Below are positions 29,723-37,809 of a stretch of 64,000 nt of DNA, piece after piece. The notes beneath the pieces were generated by a model, which was not told where the DNA came from, did no database searches, and saw only the letters and a list, made by a program, of their open reading frames with translations. Origin of the DNA: an uncultured Ignavibacteriales bacterium (GTDB lineage: Bacteria; Zixibacteria; MSB-5A5; GN15; FEB-12). A program made the translations under genes and the position numbers. Position 1 is the stretch's first letter; every line of letters begins with the position of its first letter. The stretch is from NCBI GenBank assembly GCA_964464605.1, contig CAYXJN010000008.1, positions 1-64,000 of the forward strand, written 5' to 3'.

Positions 29723-31057
29723 GTGCAAATGAACGCGTTGTCGGTATCTGGCTCTCTTTCCCGGATCGTGATCGTCGGTGGCGGATTTGCCGGGTTGAAC
29801 GCCGCGATGGCGCTCAAAAAAGCGGAGGCGGAAGTTATTTTGATCGACCGCCGGAATTATCATCTGTTCCAGCCGCTATTGTATCAGGTCGCGACGGCAA
29901 CACTCAGCCCTGCAGACATTGCTTATCCGATTCGCAAAGTGCTGAAGGACCAGCAAAATGCGCAGGTGATTTTGGGGGAAGTAACCAATATCGATCCGGT
30001 CAACAAACAGATACTGCTGGCCGGAAGCGATGTCGACATTCATTACGATTATCTGATTTTAGCCTCCGGTTCAACGCACTCCTACTTCGGTCATGATGAT
30101 TGGGAAACAATTGCGCCGGGATTGAAAACAATCGAAGATGCTACCGAAATGCGGCGTCGGTTTTTGCTCGCGTTTGAATCGGCAGAGCAGGAAGCGGATC
30201 CGGCTGCACGAAAAGCAGCGCTAACATTCGTTATTGTCGGCGGTGGTCCGACCGGTGTGGAACTCGCCGGTTCAATGGCGGAAATTGCAAGGTCGGCGAT
30301 TCCTGAAGATTTTCGGATGATCGATACCGCTACTGCGCGGATTATTCTTATCGAAGGATTACCCCGTCTATTGTCAGCTTTTACGGAGGAATGCTCGGCG
30401 GCATCACTGAAACAGTTGCATGAACTCGGCGTGGAGGCACTGCTCAATACCCGAGTCACGGCCGTTGATAAAAGCGGTGTGCAGATAGGAGATTCACGAA
30501 TCGATGCGGCCAATGTTTTTTGGGCAGCGGGTGTGAAAGCATCGCCACTGGGAAAAGCGCTCGGTGTTGCAACAGATACTACCGGAGCGGTGAAAGTATT
30601 GCCCGATCTTTCTGTACCGAATTATCCGGATGTTTTTGTCGCCGGTGATTTGGCGGTAGTTATCGATCCGAAAACGAACAAACCGGTGCCGCATGTTGCG
30701 CAGGGTGGAATTCAAATGGGGAAGTTCATCGGTAATATGATCAAGCGAGAAGTACAGGCAAAACAAAACGGGAAATCATTGCCTGAGCGCGTACCCTTTC
30801 AATATAACGATAAAGGGAATCTGGCAACGATCGGCCGTAACCGCGCGGTAGCAGATGTCAAAGGATGGAAATTCAGCGGGATATTTGCTTGGTTGTTATG
30901 GGCATTAGTTCACGTTTCTTATTTGATAACATTTCGCAGCCGGTTCTCGGTGATGATCTCATGGATTTGGCAGTATATTTTTTATGACCGGGGCGCGCGG
31001 TTGATTACCGGCAACAGCAGAATTTCAGTAAAAGTCCCCCGTGACCGCGATGCCTAA
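29723..31057 (+). CDS. ndh: Type II NADH:quinone oxidoreductase
   Basis: GGGFAG, FQPLLYQVAT, VGGGPTGVELAG, WAAG, KGNLATIGR. Confidence 0.92.
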   Translation: MQMNALSVSGSLSRIVIVGGGFAGLNAAMALKKAEAEVILIDRRNYHLFQPLLYQVATATLSPADIAYPIRKVLKDQQNAQVILGEVTNIDPVNKQILLAGSDVDIHYDYLILASGSTHSYFGHDDWETIAPGLKTIEDATEMRRRFLLAFESAEQEADPAARKAALTFVIVGGGPTGVELAGSMAEIARSAIPEDFRMIDTATARIILIEGLPRLLSAFTEECSAASLKQLHELGVEALLNTRVTAVDKSGVQIGDSRIDAANVFWAAGVKASPLGKALGVATDTTGAVKVLPDLSVPNYPDVFVAGDLAVVIDPKTNKPVPHVAQGGIQMGKFIGNMIKREVQAKQNGKSLPERVPFQYNDKGNLATIGRNRAVADVKGWKFSGIFAWLLWALVHVSYLITFRSRFSVMISWIWQYIFYDRGARLITGNSRISVKVPRDRDA

Positions 31058-31202
31058 ATCAATTTAGCGATCATTTAAAATCAGATAGTAACTGACTATC
31101 AGTCGATATATTTCTTCTCCACCAATTACAAATATCGGAACTCACCCAACGCAATTCTTGTTTTATCAAACGGACAAGACTTTAAACAGTGGTGAGGTGA
31201 AC

Positions 31203-31598
31203 ATGAGTCCATCAGTCCGGCTTTTATCTGCATGTATGGTATTCGGGATGCTTTTTGTTTCCGGATGCAGCAGCGATAAAGGGACAGACAATAACGGCGG
31301 CGGGGGTGGAGGCGGCGGTAGCCGGGAATTTGTTTCCGGAAATCTTGCCAACGGACAATCATTTGAACATGTATTCGATAGCGCCGGTGTCTATCCGTAT
31401 TACTGCCGTTTTCATGGAGATTCAGGTGGTGTAGGTATGTCCGGAGTTATTACTGTCAATCCAGGTGGAACACCGAGTAAAGAGCAGTACAACATTACTA
31501 CGAATACTACGCTGCCGAGTGATGTTATCGATGTTGGCGACACAGCCCGCTGGACAAACAATACGGCGATGACCCACACCGTTGAGTCTGATTTTTAA
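31203..31598 (+). CDS. Cupredoxin (plastocyanin/azurin-like) lipoprotein, circularly permuted
   Basis: Lipobox VSGC, poly-Gly linker; YYCRFH...M comes before GDTARWTN...HTV. Confidence 0.8.
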   Translation: MSPSVRLLSACMVFGMLFVSGCSSDKGTDNNGGGGGGGGSREFVSGNLANGQSFEHVFDSAGVYPYYCRFHGDSGGVGMSGVITVNPGGTPSKEQYNITTNTTLPSDVIDVGDTARWTNNTAMTHTVESDF

Positions 31599-31617
31599 TT
31601 TCGTTAAATCGTTACTG

Positions 31618-31646
31618 AAAGCCTCTGTGCAAACAGGGGCTTTTTT
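31618..31646. terminator. Intrinsic terminator between convergent genes
   Basis: AAAGCCTCTGT...ACAGGGGCTTT followed by Ts. Confidence 0.7.
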
Positions 31647-32580
31647 ATTGGCTTTGTTTTTCCATCGGAATCAGCCATCCCAAAATTGCGGCAGCGGATT
31701 CAATAGTCAGATTCCAAATACGGGCGGCGATTGCAATTCCCGCTGAGATAGGACCAAAATACGGAGTGAGCAACGCAGTCATAGTGAGTTCACGAACGCC
31801 GATTCCACCGGGAGTGAAGAAAGCAAGATAACCAAGCTGATACGGAACAATGTAGGTCGCAATCCCCCAGATAACCGGCATCTGAATGGTAGTCGTGACT
31901 GATTGCACGAAGAGCCAAAACGCAAGTCCGTAACCGATCCAGCACAATAACGAACCGATATAAATTTGCGCCGCCATAGCGACGGAGATACGCGCTTCGA
32001 TTGGTTTACGATTCAGTTTCGTGAGCAGCCAATTATATAATCCAAGAGTTCTGTTCGGCTGCAAAACGAAATAAAAGGATAAAAGCAGAATCGCAATAGC
32101 CGTGATATACAAAGAGGGGCCGGTGAATTGCACGAGGTCACCACTAATAATTTCCGGATTGAGCGCAATCGCCACGGCTCCGGCGATGACTGAAGCAATC
32201 ATCGAAAACAAAAGCGTGATTCCCCATGAGGCTACCGCTACCGATTGCGGAATCGAAATCTTTTTACAGAGGTATAGCATCCCGAACACCTGCCAGACTC
32301 TTCCCGGCAGATAGCGCCCCATATTGGTCATGTAGCTGATTTTGAATCCATGCGGCAGTGAAACGGAGTAGCCGAATCCTTCGATAATGATACACCAAAC
32401 TTTGGAATAGAGAAAAAAGGAAGCGAGCTGCACGAGAATGGAAAGAATCAACAGTGTCGGGTGAATCTGCCAGTCGTAAGAAGAAACCTGCGGCCAGTTT
32501 TGTGCTAACTGTCGCCCGACGAAATAGAGAATGACGACTGTTAACAGAAGCTTGATGATATTGGCAATAATTGCGCGCAT
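31645..32580 (-). CDS. Lysylphosphatidylglycerol synthase TM / flippase-like membrane protein
   Basis: Multi-TM; GRYLPG and TPGGIGVRE motifs. Confidence 0.85.
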   Translation of the reverse strand: MRAIIANIIKLLLTVVILYFVGRQLAQNWPQVSSYDWQIHPTLLILSILVQLASFFLYSKVWCIIIEGFGYSVSLPHGFKISYMTNMGRYLPGRVWQVFGMLYLCKKISIPQSVAVASWGITLLFSMIASVIAGAVAIALNPEIISGDLVQFTGPSLYITAIAILLLSFYFVLQPNRTLGLYNWLLTKLNRKPIEARISVAMAAQIYIGSLLCWIGYGLAFWLFVQSVTTTIQMPVIWGIATYIVPYQLGYLAFFTPGGIGVRELTMTALLTPYFGPISAGIAIAARIWNLTIESAAAILGWLIPMEKQSQ

Positions 32581-32639
32581 GGTTGTTGCAAGAATACTGA
32601 TAGCGATTCAGCGAGTCAAATTAATGTATGAATGTGTTG

Positions 32640-33215
32640 TCACTCGAATCGCTCGACCGTTTTGCCTAATTCACTCGTATGTAATTGTTCATATATCGGA
32701 CCCGTTTGGGTAAGCGTAGACTTAAACAACACGATTCTATCGAATGATACCGGAATTGGTGTGATTTTATATTGGGACACATATTCAGCCAACTGTGTTG
32801 GGTTTGCTCCTTCTTTCACCCTACCTATAGTCAGATGAGCCTTGAACGGTTTTTCTTCTTTGGCAAAGCCGAGGGAGACGAGTTCTGTTTCGATTTCATC
32901 GGCAATCGCCTTGAGTTCGTCAACACTTGATGCAATGCCACACCAGATGACGCGCGGTCGCTTCAGATTCGGAAATGCTCCGACAGTGTTAATTGTAGAC
33001 TTAACTCTCTTATGTCGCACTGTGATATCGGAAATCGCTTTCTTTAATAAAGGCAGCGACGTCGCTTCGACTTCACCGAGGAAACGAAGGGTGAGATGAA
33101 TATTTTTCGGATCGACCCATTTCACCGCGTCATCATGTTTTTTCAACAATGTAATAATGCCCGCTAATTCTGTTTCGACAGCGGATGATAAGGGAATGGC
33201 GATAAACAGGCGCAT
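32640..33215 (-). CDS. thpR: RNA 2',3'-cyclic phosphodiesterase
   Basis: MRLFIAI, HLTLRFLG, PRVIW, HLTIGR. Confidence 0.92.
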   Translation of the reverse strand: MRLFIAIPLSSAVETELAGIITLLKKHDDAVKWVDPKNIHLTLRFLGEVEATSLPLLKKAISDITVRHKRVKSTINTVGAFPNLKRPRVIWCGIASSVDELKAIADEIETELVSLGFAKEEKPFKAHLTIGRVKEGANPTQLAEYVSQYKITPIPVSFDRIVLFKSTLTQTGPIYEQLHTSELGKTVERFE

Positions 33216-34465
33216 CAGCCGGCTTTGAGCAATTCGCGGCGCAACAGATCAAGAGCGGTATAGACAGCGCGGGTGCGGATAACTGAGCGCTCGCTGGTTC
33301 CGAAATTGAATTTGGTAGCGGCTGTTTTTTGCGGCGACGCCACCGCGATATAGACAAGTCCAACCGGTTTTTCTAAAGTGCCCCCATCCGGTCCGGCTAC
33401 ACCGGTAATAGAGAGGGAGTAGGTAGTGTTGAAACGGCGCTTGCAGCCATCGGCCATTTCAATCGCGCATTCGGCGGAAACAGCGCCATGTTTTTGCAAT
33501 GTATCGGAGCGAACGTCCAGCCATGTTTCTTTAACTTGGTTGCTATATGAAATTACTCCACCGGAGAAATATGCCGATGAACCGGGCGCATTTGTAATCA
33601 TCTTGCCGAGCAACCCGCCAGTGCAGGATTCGGCAACTGAAAGCGTAGCGTTTTTTCCTTTCAGCATGTTCCCAATGATTGTTTCAAGCGAAGTATCATC
33701 GGTTGCGTAAATGCTTTCACCCAATCGATTGCGAAGGAATTGCTCAACAACTTTAATTTTTCGCTCGGTTTCTTCCTGAGTGATTGCTTCGGCCATCAAT
33801 CGTAAATCGACTCCACCCAAATGCGGTAAATAGGCGAGTTTTACACCCGGTTCGAGCTTCAATCCGGCGCTTATCATTTCCGCTAAACGGGATTCAAAAA
33901 CGCCAGCCGTGCGAAACTTGCTGATCCGAAGCGGGCTGCCGAGTTTTTTCTCTTTCAGAAAGGGAATTACCTGTTCAGTCATCAGATGTTTTAATTCGAA
34001 CGGCACACCGGGAAGGGCGATAAAAAATCTGCCATCCTCCGCTATACAGATTCCAACCGCCGAACCAAGCGCGTTTGGGAAAAAGGTCGCACCCTGTGGC
34101 AAAAGAGCCTGATTTTGATTCAAGGCCGGCATTTCCAGACCCCTCTTTTGGTAACGGGTGCGGAGTTCATCCAGCACTTCCTCATAGAAAATCAGATTTC
34201 GTTTGAATGTTTTGACTATCGCCCGCTTGGTGAGATCATCGTCGGTCGGCCCAAGCCCGCCGGTAGTGATAACGATACGGCTTTGGCGAAAGGCACTGCG
34301 GAATGCTTCTTCCATATCCTCTACCGAATCACCGACACTGCTTTTGCTGGAGACATGGATACCGATATTGGTGAGTTCTTTGGCAATAAATGAGGAGTTG
34401 GTATCGACCGTGTGACCGGTCATGATTTCATCGCCGATGGTAATAATATGCGCGTCGGTTGCCAT
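33215..34465 (-). CDS. cinA: Competence/damage-inducible protein A (MocF + PncC domains)
   Basis: IGDE...DTNS, GGLGPTDDDLT, AESCTGG, ITGVAGPDGG. Confidence 0.95.
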   Translation of the reverse strand: MATDAHIITIGDEIMTGHTVDTNSSFIAKELTNIGIHVSSKSSVGDSVEDMEEAFRSAFRQSRIVITTGGLGPTDDDLTKRAIVKTFKRNLIFYEEVLDELRTRYQKRGLEMPALNQNQALLPQGATFFPNALGSAVGICIAEDGRFFIALPGVPFELKHLMTEQVIPFLKEKKLGSPLRISKFRTAGVFESRLAEMISAGLKLEPGVKLAYLPHLGGVDLRLMAEAITQEETERKIKVVEQFLRNRLGESIYATDDTSLETIIGNMLKGKNATLSVAESCTGGLLGKMITNAPGSSAYFSGGVISYSNQVKETWLDVRSDTLQKHGAVSAECAIEMADGCKRRFNTTYSLSITGVAGPDGGTLEKPVGLVYIAVASPQKTAATKFNFGTSERSVIRTRAVYTALDLLRRELLKAG

Positions 34466-34467
34466 AG

Positions 34468-34926
34468 TTATTGCAGTAATCGAATTATATACAGGGTTGC
34501 GTGAGTCAGGATATTCGCCTGTATTCCCGCGACAACATCATCCATTGTTACACCCCACCCGCCGGGAAGTTTCTCTGCCTGAGAGGCCGGCGGAAGTTTG
34601 ATAACATCGAAGAGCCGGAACCAAAAGAACGCGATCAGGTAATTCGTAATGGAAAGCGGCACCAAAATAAGAGTGATGAACATGCCTGCCCATTCATCGA
34701 TGACGATCTTGCGGCTGTCATGCCCCATGAATGATTCGGCCGCTCCGGCAGCATACGCGGAAATAAAAGTCGTGACGATTGCCGTTGCGGCCATGAGCGT
34801 CCAATTGTCACCGATAAAAAAGTACGCGATTGCCAGCGGAGGAATAGATCCGGCAGTTCCCGGCCAAAGCGGAAACAGACCGGAATACAAACCGGTTGCT
34901 ATGCATTTAACGAATGCGTTGTTGAT
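34468..34926 (-). CDS. pgpA: Phosphatidylglycerophosphatase A
   Basis: PGTAGS, IVIDEWAG, FRLFDVIK, GVTMDDVVAG; start uncertain (ATC 34926 or TTG 34890). Confidence 0.88.
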   Translation of the reverse strand: MNNAFVKCIATGLYSGLFPLWPGTAGSIPPLAIAYFFIGDNWTLMAATAIVTTFISAYAAGAAESFMGHDSRKIVIDEWAGMFITLILVPLSITNYLIAFFWFRLFDVIKLPPASQAEKLPGGWGVTMDDVVAGIQANILTHATLYIIRLLQ

Positions 34927-34935
34927 ACGAGCTCC

Positions 34936-35523
34936 TTATTTCAACACGGTGCGAAGCAGGTAAAAATATTTGGCAATATAGTCAATTCCGGTCCAGACTG
35001 TCACGATAGCGGTAACCCAGATCGCAAAACTGAAATAGTACGGGTAATCGAACATCAGATGCTGCTCAAGCGGACTTTCGAAATGGTGCAGAATTGCAAT
35101 CAGGTTAACATAGGCGACAATGAACCCGACCACGCTAAGCTGCAAAAACGTTTTAATTTTCGCCCACCAGCTCGGCGGAATAATTAACCCGCGATAGGCA
35201 CCCAACAATCTGAGCCCGGTGATAAAAAATTCCCGACCGATAATCAACATGACCGGGAGCGGGGAAACATAACCGAGCGAGGTAAACGAGATCAGAGCGG
35301 AGGAAACGAGGATTTTGTCGGCCAGTGGATCCATGAATTTGCCGAAGCCGGTAATGATGCCGAATTTGCGGGCATAATAGCCATCGGCTAAGTCAGTCAG
35401 CGATGCGATGATGAATAGGACCAATGAGGTTAGTCGCGTATAGAAGTTATCTATAACGAAAAAAACCATGAAAATCGGGGCGATGACAATGCGGAGCAGG
35501 GTCAGTTTATTGGGGATATTCAT
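34936..35523 (-). CDS. pgsA: CDP-diacylglycerol--glycerol-3-phosphate 3-phosphatidyltransferase
   Basis: NIPNKLT, DLADGYYAR...GKFMDPLADK, REFFITGLR. Confidence 0.95.
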   Translation of the reverse strand: MNIPNKLTLLRIVIAPIFMVFFVIDNFYTRLTSLVLFIIASLTDLADGYYARKFGIITGFGKFMDPLADKILVSSALISFTSLGYVSPLPVMLIIGREFFITGLRLLGAYRGLIIPPSWWAKIKTFLQLSVVGFIVAYVNLIAILHHFESPLEQHLMFDYPYYFSFAIWVTAIVTVWTGIDYIAKYFYLLRTVLK

Positions 35524-35587
35524 GCCGGATCAAGGTATGAACGGCAGGCGGTCGCGTCAACGTTAGCAAACTTCACCTAACCCAAAG

Positions 35588-35609
35588 AAAAAAGGCAGTG
35601 ACACTGCCT
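35588..35609 (-). terminator. Intrinsic terminator
   Basis: AGGCAGTGTCACTGCCT followed by T-run on the minus strand. Confidence 0.6.
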
Positions 35610-35731
35610 CACTGGTTGCAGCGGGCGATGATAAAGGGAATGCTCAGCCAAGCTAATCCCTTAACCAGAAAGAAAATAAATCCCCACACGCCGAGTTTGG
35701 CCAAGTACTGTTTGAACTTACCGTTCTTCAT
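35609..35731 (-). CDS. 40-aa single-TM small protein, below the ORF-track cutoff
   Basis: MKNGKFKQYLAKLGVWGFIFFLVKGLAWLSIPFIIARCNQ; ATGA overlap with upstream gene, terminator at its stop. Confidence 0.7.
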   Translation of the reverse strand: MKNGKFKQYLAKLGVWGFIFFLVKGLAWLSIPFIIARCNQ

Positions 35732-36048
35732 TCGGTCAAAACGGTGTAGGTTTTCATTTCGGATTTCATGGGGGCGGGGCGGCCTTCGCTTGAAGCCTGC
35801 TTCATATCCGCGAATCCGCGGGAATGGCCCTGATGAAAGGCTTGTGAACCGTGCCAGGCGGAGAATGATGCGTTGTCTTTCCAGAAGCTGACAACCTGGT
35901 ATGCTTCCCCTTCTTTATCCGGCTTGAGGACATACATTTTCACGAAGCCTTCCATTTTGTCGACGGCTCCGGCGCGGCTTTTGAAGAGTTCTTCGAACCG
36001 GTTGGTGTATGCTGGTTCGCATGTGATATAGTTAATGGCAACAAACAT
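35728..36048 (-). CDS. Antibiotic biosynthesis monooxygenase family protein, IsdG/HmoA heme-degrading-like
   Basis: MFVAIN, FEELF, GF, YQVVSFW...FSAW..SQAFHQGH (Asn/Trp/His pattern as in IsdG). Confidence 0.8.
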   Translation of the reverse strand: MFVAINYITCEPAYTNRFEELFKSRAGAVDKMEGFVKMYVLKPDKEGEAYQVVSFWKDNASFSAWHGSQAFHQGHSRGFADMKQASSEGRPAPMKSEMKTYTVLTE

Positions 36049-36100
36049 GTTAACGGGTCTCCTTACTGGCCAAATCCTAAGCTGATTTCAATTCCATTAC

Positions 36101-36125
36101 CTAAATGAAAATTGATTTCATTTAG
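36101..36125. promoter_or_regulatory. Palindromic operator, Fur-like
   Basis: CTAAATGAAA-N5-TTTCATTTAG perfect 10-bp inverted repeat between promoter and start codon. Confidence 0.65.
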
Positions 36126-36141
36126 CTTTTTATCGTACGCC

Positions 36142-36170
36142 AGAATATGAATGGGAGGGGAACAGGTCAA
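36142..36170 (-). promoter_or_regulatory. Sigma70-type promoter of the monooxygenase gene
   Basis: TTGACC-N17-TATTCT. Confidence 0.55.
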
Positions 36171-36445
36171 GAGAAATGTTTACAGAATTGGTAAAGATTA
36201 AGGGGTTTGACTAAATTTCGGGAACAAACGAATTGAGATTCGCATTATAAAAGGGGTTAGTAGGACACTACTCGTTCTTAGATTGATCAATACGGGCAAC
36301 CCAAAGTCTCTAAATCAATTTGTGAGACGGTATTGGTTAGTATCGCAAGATCCTTCAGGTACTCGGGGTTCTAGATTAAAAACAAAGGGCATGTATACCA
36401 TTAAAAATAATGTCAGTGAAGTGAAATGGCTGAACAAATGATGTC

Positions 36446-37027
36446 TTGATAGAAGCTGGCAAATATAGGAGTAAATCGATGATAAAAGGATTGAAGTTAC
36501 GTACGAACGAACATTATGAAATACTCACACAATATGTGAATCCAGGAGAATTTGTTAAGTACTACAATGATATTCCTACTGGAATAGAATACACACGTAA
36601 CATAATAGGCGCACATACAAATGTTGTTATAGTTTGTGTAGATGGGTGGAATCTTAGCTGTGGAAACATTTCATCAAATGGCAATTGGTTTTTGACTGAT
36701 ACCACCCGGGATGATCTTGATCTAAAAGGACAAAATTTTAATCGAAATACTATAGTAACTTTTAAAGATGCGAGCCAGAATGTTTGGCGGTATAACTTTT
36801 ATTCAATTGATCATCGTGTAGGCGCAGCGTGTACGGGCACTAGCTTGTCGGTGCTTAACTCGGCATTTAAAATGCCTGACTATACATACGGTAGTGTTTT
36901 AATGCTGGAGAATTGTCAGTACAATATCAAAACTAAAAGCAATGGACTCCTCATTGCTGAACGTCCAAATATAGAAAACAAAGTTATTGCCCCATCTTGG
37001 AATCCGATTAAACTGCTTAGACCCTAA
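36446..37027 (+). CDS. Hypothetical protein, AT-rich
   Basis: Open frame of 193 aa (probable ATG 36479); no recognisable motif. Confidence 0.5.
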   Translation: MIEAGKYRSKSMIKGLKLRTNEHYEILTQYVNPGEFVKYYNDIPTGIEYTRNIIGAHTNVVIVCVDGWNLSCGNISSNGNWFLTDTTRDDLDLKGQNFNRNTIVTFKDASQNVWRYNFYSIDHRVGAACTGTSLSVLNSAFKMPDYTYGSVLMLENCQYNIKTKSNGLLIAERPNIENKVIAPSWNPIKLLRP

Positions 37028-37118
37028 CGGATACTTTTCACCTCAGTGTACATAACTAAATAGAAAACTATTCTTTTACTTAGGTGCAATTCTTCTAGAT
37101 TTGAATGTAATCCCCCAT

Positions 37119-37203
37119 AAAAAACTAACCCAGGCAAGTTGTAACACCGGCCTGGGCGGACGATAATAAGTAATCCACAGAAAGAGTAACACTTTCCGAT
37201 TGC
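37119..37203 (-). ncRNA. Candidate small RNA, ~85 nt
   Basis: Promoter at 37237-37210, no credible ORF, ends in CCCAGGC...GCCTGGG hairpin plus TTAGTTTTTT. Confidence 0.35.
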
Positions 37204-37209
37204 ACAACC

Positions 37210-37237
37210 AATATACCAAACACCCAAAAACTGTCAA
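37210..37237 (-). promoter_or_regulatory. Sigma70-type promoter with extended -10
   Basis: TTGACA-N16-TATATT with TG-N before the -10. Confidence 0.55.
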
Positions 37238-37603
37238 GGGTATTTCTCTTTTTTTTCTGCATATTTATCTGACGTTCGTAGGGTTGGGCGGAAAAAACAG
37301 ATGATTTATTTTCATGCTAAAATGGCATCATTTCCACATTCCACTGTTGAAAAGCGGTTGACGGCTGTGAGTATCCGTACAAGTCGTTGAACAGCAATCA
37401 TTTAACTCGACACCAGAAATTAACACTGGTCAGACGAAAAAGAAGCGACGGAAAACAGTATCTGTATTCCATTGTATGTAAATGGTTTACTCGGTATTAA
37501 TTTTTTATTAGACGCGTGATAAGTGTGATATCTCATTCCCCCCACTTTATTAAGCCCTTTCTACTCTACTGAAATTCAAGGGAATACAAAAAAACTTCAA
37601 AAA

Positions 37604-37651
37604 ACGCTATTTTTTGTATTTGTTGACCTACGCCACCACAACATATTGTAC
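37604..37651 (+). promoter_or_regulatory. Tandem NrdR boxes
   Basis: ACGCTATTTTTTGTAT (37604) and CCACAACATATTGTAC (37636), 32 bp apart, resembling acaCwAtATaTwGtgt, upstream of nrdJ. Confidence 0.75.
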
Positions 37652-37809
37652 CCCGCCCGACAGAAGGCCAGTCGACAGGCTGACTTTCCGCCGGGTAATA
37701 GTTCTCAAACAATTAAAAAAGTACGTTCGGCAGATTCTAAGGCCATGCAGAAGGATTTGTATGGTGAAGGCTGTCGATTGTGAGCAAAGAAATTTTGGGA
37801 GGATATTTC

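Noticed and set aside
31645..32640. recA remnant after cinA-thpR
   Set aside because: Position is occupied by an intact unrelated membrane protein; simple synteny difference
37024..37227. 67-aa minus-strand ORF
   Set aside because: Starts within a promoter spacer and runs through a terminator; no RBS
37240..37809. Cobalamin riboswitch upstream of nrdJ
   Set aside because: No B12-box elements recognised; NrdR boxes explain the regulation
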